From Fibrobacteria bacterium (lineage in GTDB: Bacteria > Fibrobacterota > Fibrobacteria > UBA11236): a stretch of DNA of 25,915 nt. Under the pieces are notes generated by a model. The model saw only the letters and a list, made by a program, of their open reading frames with translations, had not been told where the DNA came from and did not search any database. This document shows positions 16,785 through 25,839 of this stretch, piece by piece. Numbering within the stretch: position 1 is the stretch's first letter; each line of letters opens with the position of its first letter. The stretch is taken from positions 1 to 25,915 of the forward strand of contig JBJHDK010000033.1 of the NCBI GenBank assembly GCA_050486505.1, in the 5' to 3' direction. The position numbers were made by a program, and so were the translations under genes.

Positions 16785-18128
16785 TTATGGCGGGGCGATC
16801 GGAGCAAGCTCCCGAGTGTCCGCGAAGAATATCAGCGCATCGTAGCGATGCGCCGGCAGTGTCGGGACATAGGCCTCCCGGTCGGGGTTGTACAGTACTC
16901 CCGCCGCGCGTTGCGCCAAGGGGATGCGGGGGGCACGTTCGCGGGCGTCTCCGGCGAAGAGCATGAACGCGCGCTCCGGGACCGTCGCGTGCAGCAGCGC
17001 ATCGAGCGAACCTGCACCCGGGGCGGGCATGCTCATGCGACGCACGGGCCCTCCCCAGGCGTCGGACGCGATCAACCCGCCCCGTCCTGTCGCGAAGCCC
17101 GTGATGCCCACTGCTTCCGCCCCTTCGCTCTCGCGCAGCAGGGCGCCGAGATTCGTTTGTCCGTGCGAGGCCATGTCGGTGGCCCTTGCATCGCCCACGT
17201 GGGTATTGTGTGCCCAGACGATGCCGCGACCTTCCGGTTCGTGGCGTTCGGCCACCCGAAGCAGGGCTTCATGCATGAAGGCGGCGCGCGCGTTCCACGA
17301 TCCCTGGCCGGGTGCGGTCATGGCACGGAAGCGGACTTCCGCGCGCTTGACGGCCAGCGCGTTCTGTTTCGCATTCCACCAGTCCTTGCCGGCCGGGCCG
17401 GCGGCGTCGTGTGCCCGCAGGAGTTCCACGGGCTCGGCGAATTCGGCGGAGAGGACCCTTCCCCCCTGCATCAACCCCCGTGCATAGTCGGCGAAGCCGT
17501 CGGGAAGCCGACGTACCTGGTCATACACCCGCTCGACCCGCGGGAGGTTGTCCGGGTCGTGTGCTTCGAACCACTCAAGGACACGCCGCATTGAATCCTC
17601 GGGATCCTGCATGTCGAGACCGTAGAGGCCGATGCGCGCATCGTAGGGCAAAGTGGCATTGTGGGCGCGAAGCCATTCGACGAAGCGGGCGAATTCTTCG
17701 TTGGCCCACAACCATTGCGGCCAGCGGGTCAGCCCGGCCATCACCGCGCGGACATCCGCATTTCGGGGCGTGCGGTGCTTCGCGTAGTCGTTGATCCGCT
17801 GCACGGCTTCCCAGTCACCCTCCAGGGCAACGAAGCGGAAGCCGTGTTCCGTGATGAGACGACGTGAAATCTCGTCGCGCCATCGGTAGAACTCGTGCGT
17901 TCCGTGTGTCGATTCCCCGAGCAGGGCGAAGCGGCGTTCGCCAAGGAAGTCAAGGAGGGGAGCGAGGTCGTCGATGGTTCCGAAGGGGCGCACATTCTCA
18001 TGGAAGTAGGCCACCCAGGCGTCACGGTCCGCGGTGGCATCCGCCGCAACGGGCTGCGCTCGGGGAACGGTCAGGAATGCGGGCAGCAGCGCGAGGACCA
18101 GGGCGTGGTGGAGGCGCGGGATCATCAC
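16785..18128 (-). CDS. Erythromycin esterase (Ere) superfamily protein with signal peptide
   Basis: LLGESTHGTHEFY, FVALEGDW, RWPQWLWAN, YGLD, SWNAR, IVWAHNTHVGDARAT, RYDALIF motifs; start GTG 18128 or ATG 18125. Confidence 0.9.
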   Translation of the reverse strand: MMIPRLHHALVLALLPAFLTVPRAQPVAADATADRDAWVAYFHENVRPFGTIDDLAPLLDFLGERRFALLGESTHGTHEFYRWRDEISRRLITEHGFRFVALEGDWEAVQRINDYAKHRTPRNADVRAVMAGLTRWPQWLWANEEFARFVEWLRAHNATLPYDARIGLYGLDMQDPEDSMRRVLEWFEAHDPDNLPRVERVYDQVRRLPDGFADYARGLMQGGRVLSAEFAEPVELLRAHDAAGPAGKDWWNAKQNALAVKRAEVRFRAMTAPGQGSWNARAAFMHEALLRVAERHEPEGRGIVWAHNTHVGDARATDMASHGQTNLGALLRESEGAEAVGITGFATGRGGLIASDAWGGPVRRMSMPAPGAGSLDALLHATVPERAFMLFAGDARERAPRIPLAQRAAGVLYNPDREAYVPTLPAHRYDALIFFADTRELAPIAPP

Positions 18129-18197
18129 CCGGCAATGTAGCAGGGAATCCGGATGCGGAAAATGTGACGGGAGGATTCGGGAAAAAGCGGGGCAGGG

Positions 18198-18274
18198 TGG
18201 TGGTCGCTACAAGACTCGAACTTGTGACCCCTTCCATGTCAAGGAAGTACTCTAACCAACTGAGCTAAGCGACC
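18198..18274 (-). tRNA. tRNA-Val (anticodon GAC)
   Basis: GGTCGCT TA GCTCAGTTGGTTAGAGT A CTTCC TT GAC AT GGAAG GGGTC ACAAG TTCGAGT CTTGT AGCGACC A CCA; full cloverleaf, 77 nt, encoded CCA. Confidence 0.98.
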
Positions 18275-18306
18275 TGAAACCCTGTCCGGCGGGGAGCCGG
18301 GAGCGG

Positions 18307-18314
18307 CAAAGTTA
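18307..18314 (-). promoter_or_regulatory. TAACTTTG promoter element upstream of tRNA-Val
   Basis: Exact match to the Bacteroidota-type TAnnTTTG element, 32 nt upstream of the tRNA. Confidence 0.55.
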
Positions 18315-18486
18315 GACTCTGGCCGGGGGATGTACAAGGGATTCAGTGGGAGCGCGCCTGATCCCCCGGAGTCACGGCAGAAAGCATGATCCATGAAGCC
18401 GGATGCACGCGCGAAGCGGATTCGGCCCGGGACTTGAAGGCCGCATCCGGATCGTCCCCGCGAATCGTTGGCTATATTCCCCGCGC

Positions 18487-19608
18487 GTGAATCCATCCGA
18501 ATTGAAACGCACTCCCCTGCATGATTGGCATGTGGCCCAAGGTGCGAAAATGGCCCCGTTCGCGGGGTTTTCCATGCCCATCCAGTATTCCGGCATCCGT
18601 CAGGAACACGAAGCGGTCCGCACGCGAGTCGGGTTGTTCGATGTTTCCCACATGGGAAACTTCTTCGTGCGCGGCCCGGAGGCGAAGGAATTCCTGCAGC
18701 GGCTGACCACCAACGACGTGACCCGGCTTGCTCCCGGCGATGTGCAGTATTCCGCCCTTTGCCGAGAGGACGGCGGGTTGCTCGACGACATTCTCGTCTA
18801 TCGCTTCGCCCCGACCGAATACATGATCGTGGTCAACGCCGCGAACCTTCCGAAGGACCGGGACTGGTTCGAGGCCCGCTTGCGGGAATGGGGAAACGAC
18901 TGCGCGTTCGAAGACGCCAGCGACTCCCTGTCCATTTTGTCGCTGCAGGGGCCCGCGGCCGAAGCCGTCTTCCGGTCGCTCGTTCCCTCCTTCGACGGTT
19001 CCATGACCACGTATCGCTGCGGCACCTTCGTGGTTTGCGGCATGCCCATGCGCATCGGGCGCACCGGCTACACCGGAGAAGACGGCTTCGAGTTCTATCC
19101 CGCAGCCGAACATGCCGCGACCCTCTGGAACATCCTGATGAAAGCCGGGGCCCCGCACGGCATCCTCCCCGTGGGCCTCGCCGCCCGCGACACATTGCGC
19201 CTTGAAGCGGGGTACTCCTTGTATGGCCACGAACTGTCGGAGTCGGTTACCTCCCTCGAGGCCGGCCTCGGCTGGATCACCGCCCTCGACAAGGGGGACT
19301 TCGTGGGGCGCGATGCCCTGCTGGAGTTTCGCACGCAAGGCGTGCCACGAAAAATCACAGGAATCGAAATGGCCGAGCGCGCCATTCCACGCGAGGGGTG
19401 TCCCGTTTTCCATGAAGACCGGCAGGTCGGTGTCGTGACATCGGGGACGCTGTCGCCCACCTTGGGCAAGGGGATCGCCCTTGCGCTGGTGGAATCCCCC
19501 GCCGCCGCGCGCGGTACGGTGCTCGAAGTCGACATCCGCGGCGCGCGCAAACCGGCGACCGTGGTCGCGCGTGCGTTCTACAAACGAGCCAAGGCGGTGG
19601 CGACATGA
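18487..19608 (+). CDS. gcvT: Glycine cleavage system aminomethyltransferase T
   Basis: LKRTPLH, FAGFSMPIQY, GLFDVSHMG, RTGYTGEDGFE, GLAARDTLRLEAG..LYG, VTSGTLSPTL; start GTG 18487 after TATATTCC. Confidence 0.97.
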   Translation: MNPSELKRTPLHDWHVAQGAKMAPFAGFSMPIQYSGIRQEHEAVRTRVGLFDVSHMGNFFVRGPEAKEFLQRLTTNDVTRLAPGDVQYSALCREDGGLLDDILVYRFAPTEYMIVVNAANLPKDRDWFEARLREWGNDCAFEDASDSLSILSLQGPAAEAVFRSLVPSFDGSMTTYRCGTFVVCGMPMRIGRTGYTGEDGFEFYPAAEHAATLWNILMKAGAPHGILPVGLAARDTLRLEAGYSLYGHELSESVTSLEAGLGWITALDKGDFVGRDALLEFRTQGVPRKITGIEMAERAIPREGCPVFHEDRQVGVVTSGTLSPTLGKGIALALVESPAAARGTVLEVDIRGARKPATVVARAFYKRAKAVAT

Positions 19609-22361
19609 CAAAGCGGAACAAGAAGGCACCGGGCGGCTCCGGAGCCGCCGCGGGCGGCCGTCGTCTCGCGCTGGCGAAGCGTTCCCCGAAGGGGGGGCGG
19701 GCGAAGCCGTCGGTCGGCAACGTATTCGGGGAAAACAAGGAAGTCGCCGGCCTCATCCTGCTTTCCGTCGTCCTGGTCACCTTCATCGCCCTCATCGCCG
19801 ACTTCGTGCAGACGGGGGGCAACATCCTCGGTCCGTACCTCGGCACCTGGTGGGCGGAGCTTTTGACCAGTGCGCTGGGCAAGCTGCCCGTGCTCTTCTA
19901 CCTCGCCGCGCTCGCCATCCTCGGCGCGCAATGGCTCTTCGACCGGCCCGGTTGGCGCGCGGTCACCATCTCCGCCGTCGCCGGCTTCTTGTTCGGACTC
20001 CTGCTCAGCGTGCACAACCTCGGCCGCGACCATATCTCCGGCTACGACTTCCAGGTCTCCGGCGGCTGGCTCGGCAACTTCCTCGCCCAGCAAATCTTCC
20101 TGCCCGTGTTCGGCCCCACGCTCTTCGGCCCCTACCTCATCACCGGGCTGCTCATCATCGTGCTTGCGGCCTGGGGATTCAAGGTCAGCGTCTCTTCGTG
20201 GCTGGCGCGGGGCGCCAATGTCACAGGCGCCCTGCTCCGCAACCTCGTCGACGGCTGGCGCAGTGCCGGGGAAAAATCCGAGCCCGTGCGCGCCGAACCC
20301 CTCCCCGGGCCCGTCTCGCGCGCCATGCGCGCCGCCAGCCGCCGCAGTCGCGACCTCATCCCCACGGAGGACGACACGCCCGAGGAGGAGAAGGCCAAGC
20401 TCGAGGCCCTGCTCGACAGCGACGACCTCGAGAACCTGACGGAAAATCTCGACCCGCTCACCGTGCGCAAGTTGCGCGACCTCGCCCTCGAGCGCCAGCG
20501 CGTCTCCGAGCTGAACGACTGGGAAGAGAAAACCCGTAATACCGAGATCGGCGGGTTGCTCAAGCGTTCCGCCCCGTCGCTTCCGCCCGGCCTTGAGACC
20601 GCTTCCGCCACCCCTTCCGGCTCCGGTGATGATGACGTGCTTACGGGGGAGGCGGGGGAACCCGATGCGTTCGATCCCGTGGAGGGGGACGACGGGCTCG
20701 ATGCTCCGTCGATTCCGCCGCGCCGCAAGGCAGGGCGCGCCGCGCAGAAACCCCCGGCCCGCCTCGCCCGCGAGGCGGGGAATGACGCCGCAGCTCCCCC
20801 CCAAGACCTCCCCGAGGAGCGACAGGTTCAGTATGACGCGTACGCGTTGCCCGAGCTCGACGATCTCTTCGACGACCCGCCGGAGCAGGCGCTGGAGTTC
20901 ACCGAAGAGGAGTTGCTGGAGCAGAAGCAGTTGCTCGAGGCACAGCTCAACAATTTCAAGGTGCGCGGGAAGGTCAGCGGGATCCATCCCGGACCGGTGA
21001 TCACGCGCTACGAGGTGGAACTTGCTCCGGGTGAGAAGGTCAATCGCATCAGCGGCTTGGCCGACGACCTCGCCCTCGCCTTGCGGGCCAAGAGCATCCG
21101 CATTCTCGCGCCCATTCCCGGGAAGTCCCTGGTGGGAGTGGAAGTTCCCAACCGAAAGCCGCAGATCGTCTACATCAAGGAGATTCTCGCGTCGGAAGCC
21201 TTCGAAGCGGAGGAGGACACGCTCAAGGTCGCGGTGGGCAAGACCATCGCGGGAGATCCGTACGTCGCCGACCTCACGCGCGCCCCCCACTTGCTGATCG
21301 CCGGCCAGACCGGGTCGGGCAAGTCGGTTTGCATCAACAGCATCATGACGTCGCTGCTGGTCAGCAAGACTCCGGACGAATTGCGCATGATCCTGATCGA
21401 CCCGAAGGTGGTCGAACTCAAGCCTTACGAGAAGATCCCGCACCTGCTGGGGCCCGTGATCACCCAGCCCGAAGTCGCGGTGCAGGCGCTGAAATGGGCG
21501 ACCCTGAAGATGGACGAGCGCTACGGCGTGCTTGCGCAATGCGGCGTGCGCAACATCAAGGGGTACAACCAGAAGGTGCGCGAGGGAACGCTTCCGGAGG
21601 AGGTGCGGTACAACCAGTTCCTCGAGTTCGCGGACGTGGTGCCCGCCTCGATGCAGGATACGGAAGCGACGGTCATGCCCTACGTGTTGATCGTGATCGA
21701 CGAGCTGGCCGACCTGATGATGGTGGCGGGCAAGGAGGTGGAAACCAACATCGCCCGCATCGCGCAAAAGGCGCGCGCGGTGGGCATCCATCTCATCCTC
21801 GCGACGCAGCGGCCTTCGACCAACGTGATCACGGGAACCATCAAGGCCAACCTGCCCACGCGCATGGCCTTTCAGGTGGCGAGCCAGATCGACGCGCGCA
21901 CCATCCTCGACCGGCAGGGCGCGGAGAAGCTGCTGGGGCGAGGCGACATGCTGTACCGTCCCATCGAGTTCCCTGAACCGGTGCGTTTGCACGGCTGCTT
22001 TATCGACGACGCGCAATGCGAGGCGATTGCAACCGCCTGCTCCGAACAGTTCGTGAATTACCCGCAGGTCCGCACGTTCAACGTGGACGAGGAAGCGGAC
22101 GGCGGGGGCGAAGTGGACGAAGATCGCGACGCGCGCTTCGTGGACGCGGCCGAACTGGTCGTGCAGCTCAAGCAGGCTTCGGTGTCGCTGCTGCAGCGGC
22201 GCCTGGGGCTCGGCTATGCGCGCTCAGGCCGCCTCGTCGACCAGCTCGAGCGCGCGGGCATCGTGGGCCGGGAGCGGGGCAGCAAGCCGCGCGAGGTGCT
22301 GATGAATGAGGAGGAGTTGCACAGCTTCCTGCGTTCGCACGAGGCGACGGAGGGATTATAG
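19605..22361 (+). CDS. ftsK: DNA translocase FtsK/SpoIIIE
   Basis: N-terminal TM segments, acidic/Pro linker, GPVITRYE, Walker A GQTGSGKS, IDELADLMM, ATQRPS, gamma domain (SVSLLQRRLGLGYARSGRL). Confidence 0.98.
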   Translation: MTKRNKKAPGGSGAAAGGRRLALAKRSPKGGRAKPSVGNVFGENKEVAGLILLSVVLVTFIALIADFVQTGGNILGPYLGTWWAELLTSALGKLPVLFYLAALAILGAQWLFDRPGWRAVTISAVAGFLFGLLLSVHNLGRDHISGYDFQVSGGWLGNFLAQQIFLPVFGPTLFGPYLITGLLIIVLAAWGFKVSVSSWLARGANVTGALLRNLVDGWRSAGEKSEPVRAEPLPGPVSRAMRAASRRSRDLIPTEDDTPEEEKAKLEALLDSDDLENLTENLDPLTVRKLRDLALERQRVSELNDWEEKTRNTEIGGLLKRSAPSLPPGLETASATPSGSGDDDVLTGEAGEPDAFDPVEGDDGLDAPSIPPRRKAGRAAQKPPARLAREAGNDAAAPPQDLPEERQVQYDAYALPELDDLFDDPPEQALEFTEEELLEQKQLLEAQLNNFKVRGKVSGIHPGPVITRYEVELAPGEKVNRISGLADDLALALRAKSIRILAPIPGKSLVGVEVPNRKPQIVYIKEILASEAFEAEEDTLKVAVGKTIAGDPYVADLTRAPHLLIAGQTGSGKSVCINSIMTSLLVSKTPDELRMILIDPKVVELKPYEKIPHLLGPVITQPEVAVQALKWATLKMDERYGVLAQCGVRNIKGYNQKVREGTLPEEVRYNQFLEFADVVPASMQDTEATVMPYVLIVIDELADLMMVAGKEVETNIARIAQKARAVGIHLILATQRPSTNVITGTIKANLPTRMAFQVASQIDARTILDRQGAEKLLGRGDMLYRPIEFPEPVRLHGCFIDDAQCEAIATACSEQFVNYPQVRTFNVDEEADGGGEVDEDRDARFVDAAELVVQLKQASVSLLQRRLGLGYARSGRLVDQLERAGIVGRERGSKPREVLMNEEELHSFLRSHEATEGL

Positions 22362-22393
22362 GGAGTTTGCCACAATAGAGCACAAGGGAAAAC

Positions 22394-22433
22394 AAAGAAG
22401 GGTCGGTTACCGCGGGAACCGACCCTTCTCTTT
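22394..22433. terminator. Probable bidirectional terminator between convergent genes
   Basis: 13-bp stem AGAAGGGTCGGTT/AACCGACCCTTCT with an A-rich left flank and T-rich right flank. Confidence 0.8.
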
Positions 22434-22474
22434 GAGTTTCTTTGCGCCACTTTCGTGGCGACCTGTTCTGTCTT

Positions 22475-23101
22475 TTATTTCCGCTTGAACGCGTGCGCCG
22501 TCATGCCCATGTAAGGCATCAGCGATTGCGAACCGGTGGTGGTCGCGGCGGTCAGGTTATCGGTCTGCGAGGGGTTGCCCGCTCCCTGAGGGTACTCCAG
22601 GCCGGTGTAAGTGGCGAACACCACATGCGTCGCCCCGATTTTCATGCCTTCCTGCATGGCTGCATGGGCGATGTGGCGCTTGCGCTCCTCGATGCGGGCC
22701 TTGCTCCCGCTTCTCTCGTAGACACACGGATAGGGGAGGCCGATGAGGCCGGGAGTGAAGAGCAGACCGTAGGTCAGCACCACCGCAGGCGGGCAATAGT
22801 ACTGGCGCCAGGGCTCGTTGTAGCTCACGAATCCGAGGCGCCAGTTGTCGTAATTGCGGCGAACGAAAATGCGGCCGAGGTATTCGTATTGATCCCTGTC
22901 GTACTGGACGTTGCCATCCTTCATCGTGAACCCCGGGGGGGCGGTTTCGATGAACAGGCGGGGAGAATATTCCGAAGGAGTCACGTCGGCGTGCGTGGTG
23001 AAGTCACCGAAACGATCGGTCCGGCTTTCGAACACGGTACTGGCGCACCCGGTGAAGAGAAGTGCGCCGATCGCGCCGAGGATAAAAAACGGCTTCATCA
23101 T
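22475..23101 (-). CDS. Hypothetical lipoprotein
   Basis: MMKPFFILGAIGALLFTGC lipobox; GGAG RBS; internal hydrophobic segment bracketed by two Cys. Confidence 0.8.
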   Translation of the reverse strand: MMKPFFILGAIGALLFTGCASTVFESRTDRFGDFTTHADVTPSEYSPRLFIETAPPGFTMKDGNVQYDRDQYEYLGRIFVRRNYDNWRLGFVSYNEPWRQYYCPPAVVLTYGLLFTPGLIGLPYPCVYERSGSKARIEERKRHIAHAAMQEGMKIGATHVVFATYTGLEYPQGAGNPSQTDNLTAATTTGSQSLMPYMGMTAHAFKRK

Positions 23102-23257
23102 GATGTGCTCCGTTGGAAGGTGTTTGAGCCAGCGGGATTATAGCTTCCGGTTCGAAGGATGTAAAATCGCAGGGGGGTTTTCCCGTCGAAGGTTACCTTG
23201 GGGGCTTGTGCAGCGCCGGACCCCCCGAAACATTGCGTGATTCTGCAGGATGCCCCC

Positions 23258-23659
23258 ATGCCCCGCTCTTCATCAGAACCGACCTTCGAATCCATCCGCC
23301 GCGAGTGCAACGCCGGAAACGCGTACACGACCCGGATCGAAACCTCCATCGGAGCTGTGTCGTGCCGTTTCAAGGCCCGGCGCAAGTCGGCCCGCATGGA
23401 CTTCAGCCTGGACGAGACGGCGTTCAACATCGTCCTCGATAAATGGCGCGAGGTCATCCTCAGGCACGAAGCCTATGTCAAGGAGTTCTTCGCGCGCGGC
23501 GACTGGAAGGACATGTCGGGGCAGTTCACCCCTTCGGGCTTTTGTCTCGACGTGTTGCGCGAAGACGCGGAAGAGTGGTTCGAGCTGGTGTACGGGAAGC
23601 TGCAGCGGCAGGAGGGCCTCACCGGCGTGAGTCCGCGCATGCGCGAGCGGGGCTGGTGA
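23258..23659 (+). CDS. Hypothetical protein (133 aa)
   Basis: AGGA RBS before ATG 23258; GC3-biased codon usage; globular composition; fills the gap between neighbours. Confidence 0.7.
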   Translation: MPRSSSEPTFESIRRECNAGNAYTTRIETSIGAVSCRFKARRKSARMDFSLDETAFNIVLDKWREVILRHEAYVKEFFARGDWKDMSGQFTPSGFCLDVLREDAEEWFELVYGKLQRQEGLTGVSPRMRERGW

Positions 23660-23663
23660 TTCC

Positions 23664-25091
23664 TCAGCCTTCGCAGGCGAGGCTCGGGCGCCCGAGCAGG
23701 CGCGTCCAGTAGACCCGGATCTGGTCTTTGCGCTGCCGCACTTCAGGCGCGGGGCCGTTCTCGAAGCTTGCCTCGCGCCTGGCCCCTTGCCAGCGCACCC
23801 CGATGCCGTGGCAGCGGTACAGCAGTTTCTCCAGCCGCGCATCGCCGAAGAGCAGGTTTTCCCACCCGGGTTCGCGCGCGCTGCCCAGGTAGATGTGGCG
23901 CGCGCTGGCGGCGGCGATCGTGTTCCAGGGCAGCACGGCTGTCACGCTCACCTGCGAAAGCGTCCCTTGACCGAAGTGGTAGTCGCGGGGCACTCCCTCC
24001 GCCACCGGAGCGGATTGTCCCGCGGCCCCCAGCGGGACGAATGCGTTGGCGATGGTCAGGAACCACGGCGTGGTTTCCCCGAATGCCAGCGTCGCCGCCG
24101 GGCCGATGGCGCTGACCGAGGACCGGAAGGGCGTCGGGTTGTAGAACTCGTAGAAACCGTAGAGCCCCCCCACGCCGCGGATGATGTCTCCGCCGAAGTC
24201 GGCGCCGGCGAGCAACCCGTTCACCTGGATCAGGCCGAAGGGTTGGCGCCCCACGCTCAGCTCCATGTCGAGGGTGAAATGGTCGAAGGGGCGCTTGAGG
24301 GCGTTCTCCGTCTCGAAGGGAACCCCGTGATACACCCGCACGCCCAGGGTGGTCAGGCGGCCGAGATCTTCGGGCTCGAGATCGCCCAGCTCCTGGTTGC
24401 TGACGACGCCGTAGGGCGTGATGCCCGCATGGAACATGGAGATGACGTGCGCGTCGCCCGGTCCTTCCTTGTGGCGCATGCCGAAGACATGCCGGTTGAT
24501 GGCGCCCATCGGGTTCACCACCGCGGCCAACGTTTCGCGGAACGGACCCGGGCGACCCGAGGGAACGTCGAGAATCGTGCCGCTGAGTTTGTGCAGCGCC
24601 TCACCGAGCAGCACGCCCGAGATCGAGGTGGTGATCTGGTCGTTCACCGACGGCGGGTCGGTTTCCATCGCAAGCTCCCACATCAGGCTGGCGGAGTAGG
24701 TGTACAGCGCGCTGGTCCAGAACCCCACGCCGGCCGAACGCGCGGCGGCGAACGACAGGGATCCCTGGTAAGGGTGCCCCATCTGGTTCACCTCGAAGCC
24801 GTCCTCGTCGAGGACCCAGGGGCCGGTGACGTTGCTCCAGATGGACGAGGGGGAGATGCGCGCGAAGTCCTCGCGGGTGACGTAACGGTTGAAGGCCCAG
24901 ATGGTGATGTTGATCGCGGGCACTACGAGCGCGGGGATCCAGTAATCGGTGGGGGGAGAGCGCAGGGGGGCCTGCTGCGCGGGCAGCTCCGTGCCGGGGT
25001 CCGGGAGGATGCCGCTCGCCTCCTCCGCCGCAGCGGTGGCGGTGAGGAGTGCGAGAGTCAGCACGAGGGGGGTGGGGGAGAGGCTGCTCAC
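23664..25091 (-). CDS. DUF3943-domain exported / outer-membrane protein
   Basis: Signal peptide; W..D.D.F.VNQMGHPYQGS...AARS.G..FW.S...S.MWE...E...PS.ND.I.T pattern of DUF3943; beta-strand-rich C-terminal half. Confidence 0.8.
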   Translation of the reverse strand: MSSLSPTPLVLTLALLTATAAAEEASGILPDPGTELPAQQAPLRSPPTDYWIPALVVPAINITIWAFNRYVTREDFARISPSSIWSNVTGPWVLDEDGFEVNQMGHPYQGSLSFAAARSAGVGFWTSALYTYSASLMWELAMETDPPSVNDQITTSISGVLLGEALHKLSGTILDVPSGRPGPFRETLAAVVNPMGAINRHVFGMRHKEGPGDAHVISMFHAGITPYGVVSNQELGDLEPEDLGRLTTLGVRVYHGVPFETENALKRPFDHFTLDMELSVGRQPFGLIQVNGLLAGADFGGDIIRGVGGLYGFYEFYNPTPFRSSVSAIGPAATLAFGETTPWFLTIANAFVPLGAAGQSAPVAEGVPRDYHFGQGTLSQVSVTAVLPWNTIAAASARHIYLGSAREPGWENLLFGDARLEKLLYRCHGIGVRWQGARREASFENGPAPEVRQRKDQIRVYWTRLLGRPSLACEG

Positions 25092-25213
25092 GTGCGGGGA
25101 AAGTTAGTGAAGCGGGGGTGTGGCCGATGAAGCCAATTGGCTATTTCGTGGAATGGAACACGGCATCATTGATGCCCGGGTAAATCAGGTAAACCAGGAG
25201 GGAGGCCGTCATC

Positions 25214-25687
25214 ATGACCACGATCTATGTGGACGCCGACGCCTGTCCGGTGAAGGACGAGGTCTATCGCGTCGCTGCGCGTCACGCGGTTCCCGTGATC
25301 GTGGTGGCGAACTCTCCCATGCGCATGCCTGCGGGCGCGAATGTGCGGCTCGAAGTCGTTGGTGACGCATTCGATGCGGCGGACGACTGGATTGCCGAAC
25401 GGGCGAAGGCGGGAGATATCGTGATCACGTCGGACATCCTGTTGGCAGGTCGCTGCATCAACGTCGGCTCGGGGACCGGTGCCTTCGTGTTGAGTCCCAC
25501 CGGCAAACCGTTCACGGAGGATAATATCGGCACGGCGACGGTGACGCGGGAGATGATGGCCGACATGCGGGCCATGGGTGAAATCCGCGGCGGCCCGCCG
25601 CCGTTTCAGAAGAAGGACCGGGGGATTTTTCTGCAGGAGCTGGAGAAGGCGGTGGTGAAGGTGAAGCGGCGGTTCAAGGCGGGGTAG
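25214..25687 (+). CDS. yaiI: YaiI/YqxD (UPF0178, DUF188) family protein
   Basis: IYVDADACPVK, DAADDWI, DIVITSDILLA, GGPPPF..KDR..F motifs; GGAGG RBS. Confidence 0.93.
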   Translation: MTTIYVDADACPVKDEVYRVAARHAVPVIVVANSPMRMPAGANVRLEVVGDAFDAADDWIAERAKAGDIVITSDILLAGRCINVGSGTGAFVLSPTGKPFTEDNIGTATVTREMMADMRAMGEIRGGPPPFQKKDRGIFLQELEKAVVKVKRRFKAG

Positions 25688-25800
25688 GGAAGAGCGGGCG
25701 CCTGGGGCTTCGCGGCCGCATTGACTTCCCTGAAAGGGCGAGCCAGCGGCTCGCCCGTACAATTCTCCGGAATCACTGGCGCCACGGTTCCAGTCGCAGT

Positions 25801-25839
25801 CCTCACCCCCGACCCCTCTCCACGAGGGAGAGGGAGGGG
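25801..25839. repeat. REP-like palindrome CCTCACCCCCGACCCCTCTCC-N5-GGAGAGGG
   Basis: Stem CCCTCTCC/GGAGAGGG preceded by CCTCACCCC; resembles a widespread intergenic palindromic repeat family; single copy in this window. Confidence 0.55.

Noticed and set aside
18190..18197. GGGCAGGG KOPS-like octamer near ftsK
   Set aside because: Expected by chance in GC-rich DNA; strand skew cannot be assessed in one window.
7282..18198. Genomic island integrated at the tRNA-Val 3' end
   Set aside because: No duplicate of the tRNA 3' end found by eye, no integrase or transposase, and no evident compositional shift.
18403..18486. Longer ORF-track starts for gcvT (also TPR 5137, ICMT 13368, and 23198)
   Set aside because: The extensions lack family similarity or overlap promoters and neighbours; the downstream starts have an RBS or the TAnnTT element.
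19578..22016. 812-aa antisense ORF over ftsK, and similar antisense ORFs over pyk, nnr, gcvT and DUF3943
   Set aside because: Antisense shadows typical of GC-rich coding DNA; the sense genes have clear family motifs.
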